Positions 50,177 to 62,335 of a stretch of 63,502 nucleotides of DNA are shown in pieces. The stretch lies in contig CAJVPI010000059.1 in assembly GCA_910592345.1 (NCBI GenBank), forward strand, positions 1 to 63,502, in the 5' to 3' direction. This DNA comes from Paraglomus brasilianum. Its lineage: Eukaryota. The notes below the pieces were generated by a model. It was not told where the DNA came from. It did no database searches and saw nothing but the letters and a program-made list of their open reading frames with translations. Both the position numbers and the translations under genes were made by a program. How positions within the stretch are numbered: the stretch's first letter is position 1; each line of letters begins with the position of its first letter.

Positions 50177-50369
50177 GCCCATCGCAGTTGCGCTACCAAA
50201 AAGAGCGCAACCCCAAAAAACGACCGAACGCAACGTCGCACTCACTAGAACGCGTACGAGCCACTCCAACCCCACACGCAAGTTATGCCCCATTTTCGTG
50301 AATCTCCTTCAGCAAATCTAATAAACCAAATAAGAAATTCATCTTCAGGAACTGTTTTGGTATAAATTT

Positions 50370-50394
50370 TCTCTCTCTCTCTCTCTCTCTCTCT
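50370..50394. repeat. (CT)n microsatellite
   Basis: Read directly from the sequence. Confidence 0.95.
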
Positions 50395-53300
50395 ATGGTA
50401 GAAGAATTACTTATACCTGAATTACTTTTACAGACAATCACGCGCCTAATACGTTTATTTGGTAGAGAAACTTAGTATTCACTTACCACATCTCCTTCTC
50501 CCAATCTATTGGATAAGCTTAAAGTATTCGCCAAGCTATTCATCAGAATTTTTGACAGAGGACGCCGAATGCCATTAACCATTCTTGCATGCAATAACTG
50601 CATTCTCTTGTACATTTTCTCCGGTATTGGTGTTTCTTATTCCGATAACGCGAACGCCACATCGTTTTGTTTGATATAGTCTACGTTCGATGATTGTACA
50701 TAGATAAACACGTGAGTAATGCAACATACAATAGAAGTATAGAAACGACCGTAAAACTCACATTTGGAAATATGTCGAGACCATTGATCCACACGTGAAG
50801 CATGCGTGATGATGCTTGAGAGATGAAAGGCAAATGCAGAGCCTTCAATAATAATAACAATTGATATTTAACATCAACTTGTTAATAAGTACCAATTAAA
50901 GTCTTAATGATATCAACTTTTCAATATTCATGCAGACGCGCGCCAGATTAATGTTGACATGCGGACTATATGAGGCAACTGAACAGGACTAGCAAAAATT
51001 GGTAATAATAAATGCCAATAGTCATGTAATCGTCATAATCATTCTTCTTGTCCCTCGCTATGTTTTAAGTAAAACATCCGAAAATTGTCAATGCGTATAC
51101 ATTATGTTTATCGCATGTAGCTCAAATGCGTGTCTTGTCGCGTGGCGAGCGTAATCGCGTCGGTTTCAACGGCCAGAATGATCACTTCCTCAGTCTCATG
51201 GTAGTAGGCGGGCTGCTCGAACAATTCCCATGTGTACTTCCTTTGCTGGTTGGGTTGTTCGTAGGTTAATTAGATGTTGTACATTATACCAATCACCAAC
51301 TTTCTATGCGATAAGTTTGCAATACCAGACGGGGCCCGCTTACCACGTTGTTCGTAGATCTCTGCCGCTTCATGAAAGAGGTCGAAGCTCTGATCTTCCC
51401 ATAATCGCCAGATTCAGGGTGAATGGTCGGGTCTGTCGCTTCCTCATGTTTTAAAGTACTAGACCTCTGGTGTTATATCTTTATAGTTTTTAGCGATAAT
51501 AATAGAAGTAAAATAGTTATGGAATAAAATGATTGCCGATCGTCACTTGTGAAACAAAGATTCTCAATCAACATGCAAGGCCATAATACGCGTATGGTAC
51601 CGGCGTATTTTAGATCGACTTTCCAGCTTACAAGGAGGGAATGTACGACGGAGTTGCATTGATATTTCCATTAGTATTATAATTAGACCCACTAAATCGC
51701 AATAAACCGTGCATTTGAAAATTGAAATTGAGAACACGCAATTGTTTTGTAGTATGCCCGCCGACAACTACTCAATCTTGTCTCTATACATTTGCCTTTC
51801 TCCACCTCGCGACTCGGACCGTCACCAGGGTTACAAAAAGTTTTTGAACCGCCGTTTTTAAGTGTTTGAAGGCAGCGTTTAAATTTTTACTGCAACTGTC
51901 ATGACCGTAAGAATTGTCTTAAAATTTCATGTCCCGTGCGATCTAGACTGTGAGAAAAAAAGATGATTAAAAAATTGGAGTAACGCTTGTATAAGCAGTT
52001 GAACTAATTCCACGTCCTTAAAAGTCACGCGAACGGTAAATCGTTGCCAAGAAAAGGCTTACTGTAAACGATATACTCGGGCAGTTAACAAAGTGAAACA
52101 AGAAACTTGTGAGAAGGCATCGGACTGCCAGGAAAGAAAGAGTATGTCTTATTACGTAGTATAATCTGCTAATTTTGAGGAAAAACGCAGTGCAATAGTT
52201 GAATAATATTCCAACTTGTAGGCAAATATAAAAGCGTGTAGTCTACTATGATTTTTTGTTTCCAACTTATTCAATGATTTAATTGCGTGCGGTTCTCGTT
52301 GACAAGGCATGTTTTTGTTAGACATTTTGTTCTCGAGAATCTTTGTTATTCATTGTATAAATGAGAGAAGCGCAGCAATTGCCGTGCTGACAAAGTGTTT
52401 CCGATTGTATGGTACACATGAAATGTCAAATGATGTCATTAGCTAATCTCGGAACTGGAAACAAGTATTCATGAATAGAAGGGTCTGATGGAATCCCAAA
52501 ATACTAATCGGTAAAACAGCAGATACTAATACCGACATGCAAGTCATGAGTGTTTTTGGCATGATATCTGAATGATTACGCCACAATTCATACTTTGACG
52601 ATCACTTAACATGTTTAGTCTTATTGGCGTTAAAATTTATGCATATTAATCTTACATTTAAAACCAACAATAAAATCAATATTGCAAACCAAGACTTAAA
52701 ATAGTATGAACCAATCTAACTAGTTCAGGGCTCCCAAACACAAACTAACTAATTTAGCATGGATTGTTTTACATGCACAAAATAAACATACCTTAACAAG
52801 CGCAGACCATGCAGGTATCAGGACAATTAATTTTCTACACCGAAGGTCAATGACATACGAAAGACTCGATACTCGCCATTAGACTGCAGCATAGACTCAA
52901 AGAGGTTTAGCTTAAGACACAGCCATTGCGTCCGTTTTTTTACGCCAACTATTTCGCAGTATCCAACTTCCCAACTTCTTCACCAAAAAACCTTGCTTTC
53001 AACCCGTTAATATTGCTATAATACTGATAAAGGATAAACATTTTTCTTTTGTCAATGCGAAATATTTAACCGAATAATAATATGCTCGTTTTTTGTTTGT
53101 TTTTTATCATTTAATTTGGCGATAGGTATGCACCATACACAATCAAATCAAACTCTAGTAGAATAAAATGTCATCATACGACATGATCGCAAAGCTTAGA
53201 ACTCACCTTGAGAAAATCAAATCATCCAAAACCCGTTTATGAAACGTTAACATAGAATGCATACTGTTACTATGTCTTGTCTCTCAATGCTTTAATATCA

Positions 53301-55329
53301 TTATTATTGGCGTAGTATTAAGTATGTGTGTAGCAAACTTGTATCACAGTGCGTAACGTGACTAGTCAAACTATATCACTGTATATTATCAATATTATCC
53401 TTATATTATGCTTCATTGTTTACACTAATTTGATCATAACATACAATAAAGTCTTTCCTATGACCACCAGCGGTGATAAGTAAAAGATACAATGTATTAT
53501 ATATGAAGTTTTTTTTTGACTTGTTAATCCATCAATTTACCAGCACATTCAGCTTGATATAAACTCGAAAGTGATAAATCATAGTGTTGTTATTCGAAAT
53601 CATTTTGATACATTACGCTTGCTATGTGTTTAAACTCTATAGAATGTAACTAATTAAGTTGAATTATCGATCTCGTTCTCTGCTTTAGTTTGGTTATTTG
53701 AGTTTTATTTGACTCTAAACTCAATACATATAAGACAAACCTATTTTTGTATACAAATTGTTCCCTCTATACATCCCCCGTTCTAAAAATGATTGAATGT
53801 TCTAATGTTTGCGTAATTATCCTGCGTATTACGCGTTCAATTCTTTCGCTCTAAACTATAATATCTATTTTATCTGTTTGTTATTCTTTCTTTAAACCAT
53901 CTTTCAACTTCTTCATTCTCACACCTTCGCTGCTCACTTTTAGTTTGTTTTTCTTTCGACATTTTCTTTTTTTTTTTTTATATCTTTTTTTTTCATATCT
54001 TTTTTTTTTATATATCTTTTTTTGTTTTCTTTATTTTAATTATCCATTTTAACAAGCCAAGCGTAAGACCACTCCCCGAGAAGGTATATCGTTTCGTCTC
54101 GCTCTCAGTGAAGAAGCCGCTTGTTTAGGAGGCCTGTACATGTGGCGACGCATCGTAGGTGTAAACAAATAAAGAACATGTGGCGACGCCCATCCATTTA
54201 CATTTGATTAGGCGTATTAGCGTAAAGGCCGGGCCCCGTTTAGGAGGCTTGTACATGTGGTTGCGGCCATCCGTAGCCGTACTGGTCGAAGAGACATGGT
54301 GAAAAGTCGGCCAATTAGGAGGCCGTTACATGTGGTTACATGTAGTGGTAGTGCCATTATTTGACTTGCGGTGTGGACATACCGAACGAAAAAACGATGG
54401 GTTGGAAAAGGTATTGTCGGGGACGAAAAGATATTTTTGCAATTAACGCTCTCTAGATATGGAAATAACGTCAGAGTTTTGACGTTTCTTTTTTTTTTTT
54501 TTGTAAATTACTGATAAGTGAGAACGTATATGTGAGGAGGTTCCATTTTGTTAAGGAATGTTCGTAATGTCTTACGTTTGCTTTGTGCAGAGCCTGAGTC
54601 TTCTCATGTCATTTATATATGCCCATCTCAGCAAACGCATAATTAGGTGTGCTGCTGGCATGGTTTCCTATCACTTCCCTTTTGGCGTCATGCACAATGA
54701 ATTCAGAAAATGTTCCTTATTGCTTATCTGATATCTCTCTCATGTGAACAAGAAATCTAGACCATCCAAAATAGTTATTCGATTTCTTTGTCGGTACCAA
54801 AACTTGTTATGGGACCCAAGCATATGTACCTGCATGTTTGAGAGCACAAGCATAGACTTGTCTTTATTTTTTTTTTTTTATGGTGGCACGGCATACTCTG
54901 CATATCGAATGACCATCATCAAATCATCATCGCATTATAACTAACACAAATTCGACTTTTAGACTAGCGTCGGAAAAGGTATCGACTATAATTTTGTCAT
55001 TAACAAGGAAAGCATTGAAGCAAGCCATGTTAATATCCTATTCTGGTATCATCATAGTAGATGTGATATGTATGGTCTGTGAAAAAAACTTTACTTACAA
55101 TGTAGTACAAAAAAGTTTGCACGGTTCAACGGAAAAGATGGAAAGGAGCTCTGTTCCGAATACTGTACCGACATATCGACACACCGACACACCGACGAAC
55201 CTATTAACAGTCATACCGAGTAAGCATTCCTCACTAATACGCTATCACATGATTTATCACATGTAATAAACAAGACCGCGTAAAACCGGTTGGCGTGAAG
55301 TTGATCCAGAACGACGCGCTCATCCGAGT

Positions 55330-56582
55330 ATTGAGACAACAAAACCCAATTTACTGAAAAAAATCTCGCATGTAAAATATCCCGAACTTGAGCCTGCACT
55401 CCGAGAACGGGTACGGTGCGCACTTCAACTTCGATACATTGCGGCACGTCCCAATACATTACACCCACCGTCCCAAGGCCGTATTCCTCTCAGACATAAT
55501 TGTTCGTTCCGGATGGCTTCAAAGTTTTAAAAACAGGTATATATTTTATTAATTATGAAAACCTTTCTACGACAAACTAGAAAAGACGTGGAGAAAGTGG
55601 ATACCAATGTAATTGAAACTCATCCAAAGCAATTATCAGTCCTGTAGACCTGAATGTGTGATGAAACAGGATTCAAATGCCAGAGTGTTGATGGCTGCAT
55701 TTTATTTCAAGAGTAAGTAAATTATGTTTATAACGAATTTATTTTTGTAAAGTAGTATATTTGATTGTTATTATTATTATATTCAATTTTAATGTTAAAT
55801 GTTTTATTATTATATTATCTGTTATCACTATTGTTTTAGATTCAGAAAGCCTATTACTATGAGAACAGAAGATTTTTTGAATCCTGATGAAGAAAGTGAA
55901 ATAGAAAAACTTGTGGATGAGGAGACAATTATTCAAGCAGTTCAAGAAGGGTAACAAAAGTCCAGATGAGAAAGATGAAGAAAAAGATGATGAGGGAGAT
56001 GAGTTACCATGATTGAAGCCTTAGAAACAGTCAATATATTCTTGTTGCAATCCCCTGATCTCACATTACAAGTTTGTGAGGACAATGTCAAGCCACCATT
56101 CATTAAGTGATGCGGATGGTGTTATCCAAGCCAAGAATGACAACATTTGGTCAAGCTATGTGATAAACAATACAATCAATGTCAACAATCATCAATCTCA
56201 ATTACAAACAAACTCAACAAATGACAGCGACTTTTTCTTACCCGGAGGTGCTTCAATTGGTCTGACTGGAGTGCAGTCCATAACAAAACAAAGACGAAGC
56301 GGACATAATGCGGCTCTGAACATTGTTAATAACGGTAGATTTGTGTGTTTGTGTGTAATGGGGGATATTCGCGGCGGTTATGTAGTCGTATTTTGTTGTT
56401 AAGAGCTATTGTTTTAAGAACTTGTAATTAAGCTGTCGTATGTGCATCTGGGTATAGATATTGTGGAGAAAAAAAACGAGTGTTTAAATATACATCTTTA
56501 TTAACAATCTTATGATATGTCAATCTTTTTATTATTATCGATAAATTTTACCTCTCCCCATCAGATAATCGAGGTTGCAAGT
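55330..56582 (+). mobile_element. Degenerate pogo/Tigger (CENP-B-like) transposon
   Basis: KKISHVKYPELEPALRE (CENP-B HTH), GWLQSFKNR and DETG, then a large deletion, then an acidic C-terminus MRTEDFLNPDEE...EALETVNIFLLQ. A degenerate right-TIR-like ATCGATAAATTT...ATAATCGAGGTT lies near 56537-56577. Confidence 0.75.
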
Positions 56583-57157
56583 GGTAGTGGGAGTAGTGGG
56601 TGTGGGGAGTAGTGGATGTGAATCATCATAGAATAGTTGTGAATTGTCCCGTAGGATTGCAGCAGTAAATATTATTGGCTAATAGAGATGCTATTTATTA
56701 CTATTGTAATTTTCGAAATCACACCGACCTATGTAACCTCTATTTTTGGGTAAGGTAGACACATTGATTGCAATAAACATTATTACCCTACTCGAAAAGA
56801 CTCTATAGCTAATAATAACCAAGTATGTATTGGGAACGATTAAATGTCTTTTCATTTAACTTATAATCTCAACTAACATATGTATTACAAAGTGCCTGCT
56901 GCATTACGACGAGGCGAGGATACGGGATCTTTCGTTGATACAGTTCGGCGGCCTTTGCAGCATTTGCGACCACACCCAGCCCCCTGCTATAATAACAAAG
57001 TGCAAGATAATATAATGCTGGCCCGCATGTTCCTGATCTGCTGCTTGCACTTTTGAACTGATGAAGTAATAAACGAATATTATAATGGTGAGCAGAATGA
57101 CAGCATTTTCCTTGATCTTCATAATTATATTAGCTTACATTACCACAATATTCTGCA

Positions 57158-57507
57158 GTAAACAACCCAAGGCCAGACAGTTTGTTTATGGAACCGCCGT
57201 TGATTTCGAAAAATCACGAGACTACATCTGTAGTAAACAACTCAAGGCCAGACAGTTTGTTTATGGAACCGCCGTTGATTTCAAAAAATCACGAGACTAC
57301 ATCTGTAGTAAGGCCAGACAGTTTGTTCATGGAACCGCCGTTGATTTCGAAAATCACGAGACTACATCTGTAGTAAACAACTCAAAGCCAGACGGTTTGT
57401 TTATGGAACCGCCGTTGATTTCTAAAAATCACGAGACTACATCTGTAGTAAGGCCAGACAGTTTATTCATGGAACCGCCGTTGATTTCTAAAAATCACGA
57501 GACTACA
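57158..57507 (+). repeat. Coding-type tandem repeat, 5 units (75, 75, 65, 75, 60 partial bp), peptide RPDSLFMEPPLISKNHETTSVV(NNS)
   Basis: Units start at 57158, 57233, 57308, 57373 and 57448. There is a 9-bp in-frame length variant and one 1-bp deletion in an A-run of unit 3. Confidence 0.9.
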
Positions 57508-58140
57508 AGGACATTTTCATAATCACCGCCTATAATGTCATAACACAGGCCGAGCGTAAGCTCGAACAAAATATTTACACTTTTCCTCGTCAGTGTTTAC
57601 CAAAAAGAAACGAGAGAGCTTTAAAATGGCAAAACGCAATCAACTACAACACAAAACTCCGCGACAAGACACTTTCTCAATTCGATCGCCTGTTCCCAAA
57701 CGCTTAATAGCTTCTTGATATCGACTACCACCCCCGACATGTCCAGATAACCAGACAGCTACACCATATCGCGGCTCTTCGAAAAGTCGTTTCGCCTCCC
57801 ATCCTCTATCTATATCCATGTCGATTTTCTGATACAGATCGATTACTTTATCGTAATCCCTTTCAACGCTGGTTCTACTTCTATAACAACAGACGAGCCG
57901 ATATGGAATCGAGGACGTACTCTTGATCTGGAAATCCTTACCAGAGGCCGAGGGCTATAATGTACCCGTACATCTCCACGACCGGCAACGTGTCGACACA
58001 CGAAGGCTTTCTGATTCATTTTTTTTTGTCCACCTTCCTGACTATTGTAGCGTGTGTGTGGTATACGTGGGTAATGTGTTGCGAATTTACGGATGGGTGT
58101 TTTTGTAGTAGGAAGTTGCATATTTAGGTGTAATAACGTT

Positions 58141-58214
58141 AACTTGGATCGAGAACTATGAAATAAATTTTGTATAATTAATGTTATTATTATAAACTTG
58201 GATCGAGAACTATG
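58141..58214. repeat. Two copies of the 20-bp direct repeat AACTTGGATCGAGAACTATG
   Basis: 58141-58160 and 58195-58214, separated by an AT-rich spacer. Confidence 0.85.
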
Positions 58215-59484
58215 GCACATTCAAATAACCTGAGTTTGAATGATTTCCTAAAACGTTCGGTAGGAGCGCTCCGATGAAGGACTCCGATAATCTACAACAC
58301 TTTCTCTTATGTATCGATTATTGTTCATTATGAGGTCAAAAAATAGAAATAATGCTACTTGGTTAGCTCAGGGACCTGTCACATACCTTGTGAGTGAACC
58401 AATCCAGCACGATTGTCGGAGTTATCGGCTTCAAAAGTCGCCATAGATTTGACGAGGCGTTGCATCAGATCTGCTGACAGGCGCTTGCATCAAATAAAAT
58501 CAGCTAACGTAAGAACCAATTTTAAGACTTCAGAATGGTGTTCCGAGCCAATCGTTTGTTATTGCGCGAGAACAAAGAAGAAGAAAATTTTACATATCTG
58601 TTTTATTCTATATTACACGCCAGTATGAACTATAATACCTAATCAGAAAGTCTTAAATTACAATAACATGCAAGCATATTGCGTACGCCCTTACAATGAT
58701 GTTTACCATTTATATTAATATTTGCATCAACAACTTTACGCTTTAGTACATTAGTATATATATTATGGTATTTGACTGATTGATAAACCTGTTCGCTTGA
58801 TTGTGTTATTAGCTAAGCCTCGTTCCATGTGATAGATTGATAAGCATAGTGAGGGAGACAAAGAAATTCATACCATTTTAACGATAGGCATGTTGTATAC
58901 TGTAACGCTTGGCATTATCGATGGTGTCGAGTATTGTTGGGGTACCATGCTATTGTGTCTATTTGATCGTAACCAATAGACTTGAGAGGATTAGCTTAAT
59001 CGTTGTTTACATGTAGTGTATCCCTTCAAAATATACTTCTAATAGAAACAATGAAACATCCGTAGCGTGAATTATTTTGCATTATATGTTGATAAAGTCA
59101 AGTTCTTTAAAAAAAATACTGTATAACAACTTTGCCACTAGTCTCCAGGAATATTTAATTGTTGCCAACTGCCCGTCGTTTGTTCCATCTCTAAAAACAC
59201 GGTTTTATGAACCGTAAGTCATCAAAGCCTTACTTATCCTACTCAGGTAGAAAAGTGTTAGCGGTTGAGAATACTACTGTTCGAAAGTAATTTTTTTTTC
59301 CTCACATAAACTTGTAAAGTTACAAGATACTTTATTATCATCAAGCATTGTGTCCGCATTGTCATGTCATAGAAAATAAACAAACAATATCAGGGTCCGT
59401 AAGGGTCACTAATCTGATGTTTCTATACATACTATTGTTAACGTACGTGAATAAAATAGATTTAATTACCAGGCTTTTTTTTTG

Positions 59485-59858
59485 AAGTGAGTGATCACCA
59501 CGAAAATTTACTAGTAAAACATATGGAATGTCTTTCTTTTCAAAAATCGCTCCTACTCATGTGTACTATACGAAGGATAATATTTTTTTAAAAAAAGTAT
59601 ATTTTATCATTATAAAACAGTAGCTTGACGAAGTGTGAGTATACGTCATAATTATAGAGTTTCATATCGTGATTTAAAGACAGCTAGTTCAACTTGCTAC
59701 TGCTTTATAACAATAATTTATAAAAATTTATTGTTAATTTTTTGGAAAAGCACAATCAATTAGCTTCCTTGCATAGTACACATGAGCAGGAGAGATTTTT
59801 GAAAAGAAAGACATTCCATATGTTTTACTAGTAAATTTTCACTTCTGGCAGGGTACTG
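59485..59858. mobile_element. Tc1-like foldback MITE related to the 12410-13220 element
   Basis: Inverted arms GAAAATTTACTAGTAAAACATATGGAATGTCTTTCTTTTCAAAAATC...CATGTGTACTAT (59502-59569 vs 59773-59840). Shares the subterminal AAGTGAGTGATCACC and a CACTT...GGTACTG right end with 12410-13220. Left end truncated. Confidence 0.75.
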
Positions 59859-60344
59859 ACACGCACAAATTTGGATCCAACATTTATATTTAAGCTCGCG
59901 TCGTGGCTAAAAATTAGCAGAAACCAAGATTCTCACCCACATTACTCTCCCACGTTACTCTCCACTTTCCTCCACTCTTCAAAAATGCATTGTTATTTGA
60001 GAGAACGACAACATGCTCGAATACATCGACGATGAATAAGTTATTGTATAGTTACACAAGATAGAGTGACCATAAATCCATTGCATATTATCTGTGTAAC
60101 CCTTATACGTTTAAACCACATGATGTCTAATCATATAAATGTTTTCGTTTTATTCAATATTATCATTCCTGTCGCAAGAAGACACAGTAATAGTCAGGGA
60201 GGAGCAGGTACGTTAAGAAGCAATACACTTTTTGGTTTTGGTGCAATGATTCTCACAAACGTGCTCTCACCACAAATAATTTAGAGCGCCGAGGAGGACG
60301 GGGAAGGAGTAGAGGGGGAAAAGAGAGGTGGTGCTGCTTCGGGG

Positions 60345-61895
60345 AAGCTAATCAATCTACTACACCAGAAATTCGACCCGTTCAGCAAACTCGAACAATA
60401 CGAGTAAGAGCAGGTTGCACCATTGAACGGTAATGGCATTGAAGAAGAACAAGGTCCTACTACTCGGGCAACAACGACGCGACGTAAGTAAATTACATGT
60501 CAATACACTATGGTATCTGTAACAAACTAAACACAAGACAATATGTGCATCAATTAGCATCGTTATCGGAGAAGAAGCTGATAGCCAAGATGCCTTGGGC
60601 CGGAAACAATAGAAATTGACGCAATTATTTAACGAATCAAACAACTGGTCAGTCGAAAACGCGCGTTAATATTTGGATATAGTTTCCTATTACCAGACTT
60701 GAGCTAAAAATTTTGTTTCATACAGAAAAATGATCGGGGCAATGCAGAAGGAGAAGGAAATAGATGCAAACAACGACAGAAGAGAATTTCTGTCTTACGT
60801 CATGAAATACAAGCAGCTTGAGGCACTGATGATGGCTGAACCACCGCCGGATATAATACCACAGACATTCAAAATCAAATCGTATGTCTTTTTTTTATAT
60901 ATTTGATTCGCAAAGGGATATCGGTTTTTGGGGTAACTAATTAATATGAAATCTGTAGAACGTAATAAATGATAAGTTACGACAAATCAATAACGCTCTA
61001 AACAGAGAGCAAGCCGAACAAGGGCGTTAGTGTGTCAGAGTACCGCATGCAGAGTAAGTTTGAGTTGGGAGAGAGACGTACCTTTGGATTATAATTATAG
61101 AAAGATGAGAAGTTAATCGTTATTTCGATATGATTTTATATATCAAGGCTCCAGTCTCTCGCTGTCGTGGACGAACGTCGTTTGGAAGCCATATGCGAAA
61201 GCGATCTGTATGAAGCATTATACTGGGTCCGGCGCAATCAAGATCGATTCGTAAAACAAGCTTTCTATTTATCTGGAAATCAATGTGAAAGAAGATTTAT
61301 AGATGTAATTGAAACCGTTGCTGGACAGACCTTGTAAAGGTTTGTACGCTCTCGATACTAAAACCTGTCTGGAGGCTCTTTACTAATAGGTGAAATATTC
61401 TCTTTGTTGTGTTAGATGTTCGTGTGTCAAACGCTAGATAGAATTGCAACGTTTGCGCGTAATTGTTATATGGTGCAAGGATAAAGTTTTAGAAGATTTC
61501 AGGCCATCAATTCCGCTCCAAGAGGTTTGTCTTTTGCTTTGCTTTTATCTCACATAATGTGCGTTGAAGAGCCTATATATTGATAAGTTGTTCTTCGAGT
61601 AGTTGCAACGGAAGCATGGTATGGAATGTTATCTTCTGGTCCAGATTGAGGGACCAGATACTGATCGTGCAATACTGCCGTGGTATGTGTCTTTGAATGT
61701 TGTTACAAGTATCAATACAACGATACAATACTATTATATGCTCTTCTTGTTTACGTCGTGTCGATTTTAAATATATCCTCCTTTATTCTCTTGCTAGCCT
61801 TACGCCCCAAACATGAATCCTTCCCTAAAATCCGCGAGATCCCACTTATATTTGTGGTGATATGCAGTATCAAAATGAATTCTCGACATATGGAT
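60345..61895 (+). pseudogene. SMC5: SMC5 coiled-coil and hinge region pseudogene fragment
   Basis: Exon fragments with GT-AG introns: KQLEALMMAEPPPDI, DLYEALYWVRRNQDRF (~61203-61250), YLEINVK..FIDVIE, MFVCQTLD, LEDFRPSIPLQE|LQRKHGMECYLLVQIEGPD, YICGDMQYQNEFSTYG. These follow the recalled SMC5 hinge order. Contains stops and frameshifts. Confidence 0.7.
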
Positions 61896-62020
61896 GGCTG
61901 ACGAATGAGTCACGCAGAACTTCTAGTGAGTCAAGTCAAATGTTAAAGGAGTGTCATGAGAAATCTGTTCGCGGTCGGGTTTTACCGTGTTAGCCTTCTG
62001 ACTAATTTATTTGGTTGTAG

Positions 62021-62335
62021 ATAACATGCAGTCGATTGATTCATCCTTTTCAATCGCAAGCGACGGCTCGACAAACCGGGATTGTATGTTCCAAATGGCA
62101 ATAGACAAATCACGTCGTTCGAATAGTAATGCTCAAGAGTGTGGATTGGCGATCAATGAATTGATCGATAGGTTGACTTGTGGCGGAGAACACGGAACAC
62201 ACGAAGATCCGTTTGTCATTACCTTTTTCTGTGTTTATAGAACTTTTATGAAACCAAGAGAGGTTTTGGAAAAGTTGATTGAAAAGTACGAGAATAGTAG
62301 AAATGCTGGTGAAAGAGGAAACTCTGCACAGCAAA
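62021..62335 (+). pseudogene. RasGEF N-terminal REM-domain exon, open but with no recognisable CDC25 domain downstream in the window
   Basis: INELIDRLT...EDPFVITFFCVYRTFMKPREVLEKLIEKY, bounded by TAG| (62020) and |GTAAGT (62336). Confidence 0.65.

Noticed and set aside
51130..51450. EgtD/EasF-like methyltransferase remnant (ELFEQPAYYHETEEVIIL) on the minus strand
   Set aside because: The resemblance is limited to one short segment, and no SAM-binding motif was found.
57158..57507. CRISPR-like array (also considered for 54120-54350 and 58141-58214)
   Set aside because: The units are contiguous tandem copies, or too few and irregularly spaced. There are no unique equal-length spacers and no cas genes, and the context is eukaryotic.
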